The translations under genes and the position numbers were made by a program. This document shows positions 14,114-17,119 of a DNA stretch of 17,119 nt, in pieces. The notes beneath the pieces were generated by a model. The model was not told the origin of the DNA. It ran no database searches and was given only the letters and a program-made list of their open reading frames with translations. The DNA comes from Rhodothermales bacterium (lineage in GTDB: Bacteria > Bacteroidota > Rhodothermia > Rhodothermales > VXPQ01). Position 1 is the stretch's first letter. Each line of letters begins with the position of its first letter. The stretch lies in assembly GCA_040904565.1 (NCBI GenBank), contig JBBDTI010000074.1:3619-20737 (forward strand). Reading direction: 5' to 3'.

Positions 14114-16990
14114 TCACCGGAACGTCACGAACCAGTCTGACGGCTCGAGCCGGTAGACGGGTGCGGCACGAAGCGTAAGGTCGATGTTGTGAAAGAGTCG
14201 CAGCTGGATGCCGAGCCCCGCGCCCACCGTGCTCCGCCGCGATGCGTGCCCCGTGATGCCCTGCATGGATTCGGCGAAACCGTAGACGAAGAGGGCCTTG
14301 ACGAAGACGGGCGGCAGCACAAACCCGTCGTCGACGTACCACAGCGCGCGCGTCAGCTCGAGGCCGGCGGTGCCGAACGTACCCGCGTCCAGAAAGATTG
14401 TCTCGATCTCGTACCCACGCGGGTAAAACGTGGTGAGATCGATGAGGCCGCCGCCGTTCTGCGCCAGGAGCCGGGCCGAGACCTTGATGGCCGTTCCACC
14501 GCGCCGCAAAAAAGGAAGATAGGTGGATGCATCCACACGCAGCCAGCGAGACATCCGGTTGCGCTCCGACCACACGTCGAAGGAGGATCGGACGGCCACG
14601 TGGGTACCGGTATTGGGCTGCAGATCCCGTGGATTGGCCTGCATGCGGTAGCTCAATGAGGCGAATGGACGCAGGGTAACACGCCGTTCGCTCCCGCGTA
14701 CGGTATCGCCTCGACCGTCGAACAGCCGCTCGCTGCGAACGAAGGCCGCCAGTCCGCCCGCGATCGCCGTCCGAAACACGTTCGACCGCAGTACGACGGG
14801 AAGGTGCACGGCAACGCCCGCACCATATTCTTCACGTCCCACCCGGAGCGTATCCATTCCCTGGGACGTGTTCCGGCGCACTACGACCGTTGACGGCGTC
14901 CTGTAGATTTCGGCCGACGGTCGGAGTAGAAAATCACTCGAACGCAGCTCCGCACGTCCCCACAGCGCCCGGTTCTGGTAGAACAGGTTCGTATGGGCCG
15001 TCCACAGCGCCAGCGGATCCGCCCACTCCAACCCGACACCTCCACCGAATCCAAGATGCACGCCACCTCCCGAACTGGAGGGACGCTGGTACACGACGAA
15101 CGGATAGGCCGCTCGTGGACGCAGGTTCGCGATCGGCATGTAGGCGGTGCCGCCTGCGTTTTCCTCCGCTTCGCTGCCATCGGCCGATGCCGCGCCCGTG
15201 GTCGCAACGATCGTCGGAGGCGGACCCTCGAACCGGCTCACGGATGCCTCCGACCACGAGCGTCCGCCACCCGCATCGAAGGGTATCGCGGCCAGGTCGT
15301 ATCTCTCGTGCCGATAGTGTACGAAAGCGAGCGTGCTCCCGTCCGGAGAGAGCGCAGGCTCGAACGCGCCATAGGCCGCATTCGTGACCTGCACGACGCG
15401 GTCTTCCTCCCGGATCCACGCAAACACGTTCACCACCCCACCCGGATCCGCTGAAAAGAGCATATGTCTCCCATCCGCACTCCACGACGCGTCGTAGATC
15501 GATCCGTCCGCGAACTGCATCCACGGCTCGAACCGGGTAAGCCGTCCCGCGTCAACGCGCGCACGATAGATGCCCTGCCAACCGTCCCGGTGCGCCACGA
15601 CGGCGACGTCGTGGCTCTGCGGATCCGGGTGAAGCGCCAGGATCCTCGTTCCTTCGACGGCCCCGACGACATCGACCTCGCCGGACGGACCGATCCGTAC
15701 CCACTCGTTGAATCGATCCACGTTGCGCAGCGCCCAAATCCCCCCCCCCTCCACGGCAACCGGCGCGAACACCCGTTCGTCCGTCGTCACACGCTCCACC
15801 TCTCCCGTCACCACATCGAGCCGAAAGACATCGGCCAGGGCACGCTCCGGGTGCAACCTATCGATGACGTACCGCGAAAAGAGAACGCTCGATCGCCGGT
15901 CATCGAGCGTGAACTGTACGTCTTCCGTGATGGATTGCACCGCGACCGGGTGCCGTACGCCCGTCTGGACATCCACCCGATAAAATCCGGGGCGATCGTG
16001 GTAGCTTCGCGCGTATGTCAACAGTGACCCGTCACGGAGCCACACCGGTCGCCTGAACGAGCTCCCCGCGGCCGAAGCCAGGGTCCGCACCCTCGTCACC
16101 TCCCCCAACGAATCCCGGACGGCTCTGCCCTCAGTCCGCGCACGTTCCTGCAGGTCGACTGTCAGCCGCCAAGGGCGGCGTCCCGTCGCCAGCCAGAGCG
16201 GGGGCCCGAATCCAAGCAGCGGAAAACGGTAATAGATGTCGCGAGCCCGCCGAAAGAACGGGATGTCGCCATCGACGGCCAGGTATTCGAAGAGGTGCGC
16301 GCCTCCGATGTAGTAGCGGTCGAATGGCCGGGTATAGGCGGGCGGTTCGAGCATCTGAACGAGACTCCAGGGGTTGGACGAGTCCATCGCAGCGCGAAAC
16401 TCCATCCCTGCCATGGAGTGATTCAACCGGCCGGCACCCGGCCGAACGCGACTCTCCAGCCATACGGCCAATCCCTCGTTGATTCCTCGCGGCGCCGACA
16501 GATTCAACGATCGCGCCAGATCCGGACCGATGTAGCGCAAGAGCCAGCCAACGCCGACACCACGACCCGATTCGGCATGCAGAGCATGTGCCAGTTCGTG
16601 CGGCGCGACGGTTTCGTGCCAGTCACGAAAACGCGGAGAGAGCGTATTTCCGCGCAACGGTACACCCTCTATCTCGATCCGTAGCGGCCGGGGGGTTACA
16701 AATCCGTTCGACCGATCGGTGAATCGATTCAGGACGACCGGAATGATCGACCGCCTGTCGAGTCCGATCCGTGCCCGCATTTCAGGAGCCGATGCCTCTA
16801 GAAGCCTGGCCATGGCGCCGGCCTCCTCATACAGCCCGACCTGATAGATCAGACGAAAGGGAGGGGCCGAGAAGTGCCGATACTGAACGTCCACCGGACG
16901 AGGACGCGGTTGATACAGCTGCGCGGCGACACGGCAAGGCAGCAGACCTGCTGCCATCAAAAGGATGGCGAAAGGGAGAAGTCGACGCAT
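14114..16990 (-). CDS. Exported multidomain protein: gluzincin-like HExxH domain, TolB/PD40-type beta-propeller and C-terminal probable beta-barrel
   Basis: Signal peptide, HELAH (16586-16600) with downstream NEGLA, PD40-like repeats (ASWSADGR, PALSPDGSTLAF) and amphipathic strands ending ...WFVTFR. Confidence 0.8.
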   Translation of the reverse strand: MRRLLPFAILLMAAGLLPCRVAAQLYQPRPRPVDVQYRHFSAPPFRLIYQVGLYEEAGAMARLLEASAPEMRARIGLDRRSIIPVVLNRFTDRSNGFVTPRPLRIEIEGVPLRGNTLSPRFRDWHETVAPHELAHALHAESGRGVGVGWLLRYIGPDLARSLNLSAPRGINEGLAVWLESRVRPGAGRLNHSMAGMEFRAAMDSSNPWSLVQMLEPPAYTRPFDRYYIGGAHLFEYLAVDGDIPFFRRARDIYYRFPLLGFGPPLWLATGRRPWRLTVDLQERARTEGRAVRDSLGEVTRVRTLASAAGSSFRRPVWLRDGSLLTYARSYHDRPGFYRVDVQTGVRHPVAVQSITEDVQFTLDDRRSSVLFSRYVIDRLHPERALADVFRLDVVTGEVERVTTDERVFAPVAVEGGGIWALRNVDRFNEWVRIGPSGEVDVVGAVEGTRILALHPDPQSHDVAVVAHRDGWQGIYRARVDAGRLTRFEPWMQFADGSIYDASWSADGRHMLFSADPGGVVNVFAWIREEDRVVQVTNAAYGAFEPALSPDGSTLAFVHYRHERYDLAAIPFDAGGGRSWSEASVSRFEGPPPTIVATTGAASADGSEAEENAGGTAYMPIANLRPRAAYPFVVYQRPSSSGGGVHLGFGGGVGLEWADPLALWTAHTNLFYQNRALWGRAELRSSDFLLRPSAEIYRTPSTVVVRRNTSQGMDTLRVGREEYGAGVAVHLPVVLRSNVFRTAIAGGLAAFVRSERLFDGRGDTVRGSERRVTLRPFASLSYRMQANPRDLQPNTGTHVAVRSSFDVWSERNRMSRWLRVDASTYLPFLRRGGTAIKVSARLLAQNGGGLIDLTTFYPRGYEIETIFLDAGTFGTAGLELTRALWYVDDGFVLPPVFVKALFVYGFAESMQGITGHASRRSTVGAGLGIQLRLFHNIDLTLRAAPVYRLEPSDWFVTFR

Positions 16991-17119
16991 AATTCCGGAA
17001 CGTACGACGGGCGGCGCACACGCAACATACGAAAGGCCGCGACACGATCGCCGCGACCTTCAGGTATGGGCTGTGGTTCGTCGCCGACTTGCATCAGCGC
17101 TGGCGGAGGGGGAGGGATT

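Noticed and set aside
15740-15749. Poly-C tract as a phase-variation site
   Set aside because: It encodes in-frame Gly-Gly-Gly in an intact ORF, and a single sequence gives no evidence of length variation.

Overview
GC-rich bacterial window whose gene content points to Rhodothermota/Bacteroidota (DUF4835 protein, PorV/PorQ-like barrel plus HhH gene pair, CusF-SCO fusion). The left 7 kb is the notable part. It holds two tandem, paralogous lipoprotein subtilases (S8), each with a 155-aa array of ELL(Q/S)R(W/F/Y/D) hexapeptide repeats inserted in the I9-like pro-domain. The arrays have the same unit count in both paralogs and a nearly conserved position-by-position pattern at residue 6. An intrinsic terminator separates the two genes, and each has a conserved promoter-like block with a TAGG-N8-CCTA-type palindrome (perfect at A, degenerate at B). 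Directly upstream is a cytoplasmic PAS-GAF-PAS HisKA_3 kinase / NarL-type regulator pair, and further TAGG-N8/9-CCTA boxes lie around it. The right 10 kb looks like ordinary lineage-core envelope genes: DUF4835, a barrel, an HhH protein, a CheY-like receiver, CusF-SCO, two small proteins and a zincin/propeller/barrel protein. No tRNA, rRNA, CRISPR array or mobile element was recognised. All family calls come from motif recognition by eye, with no database searches.
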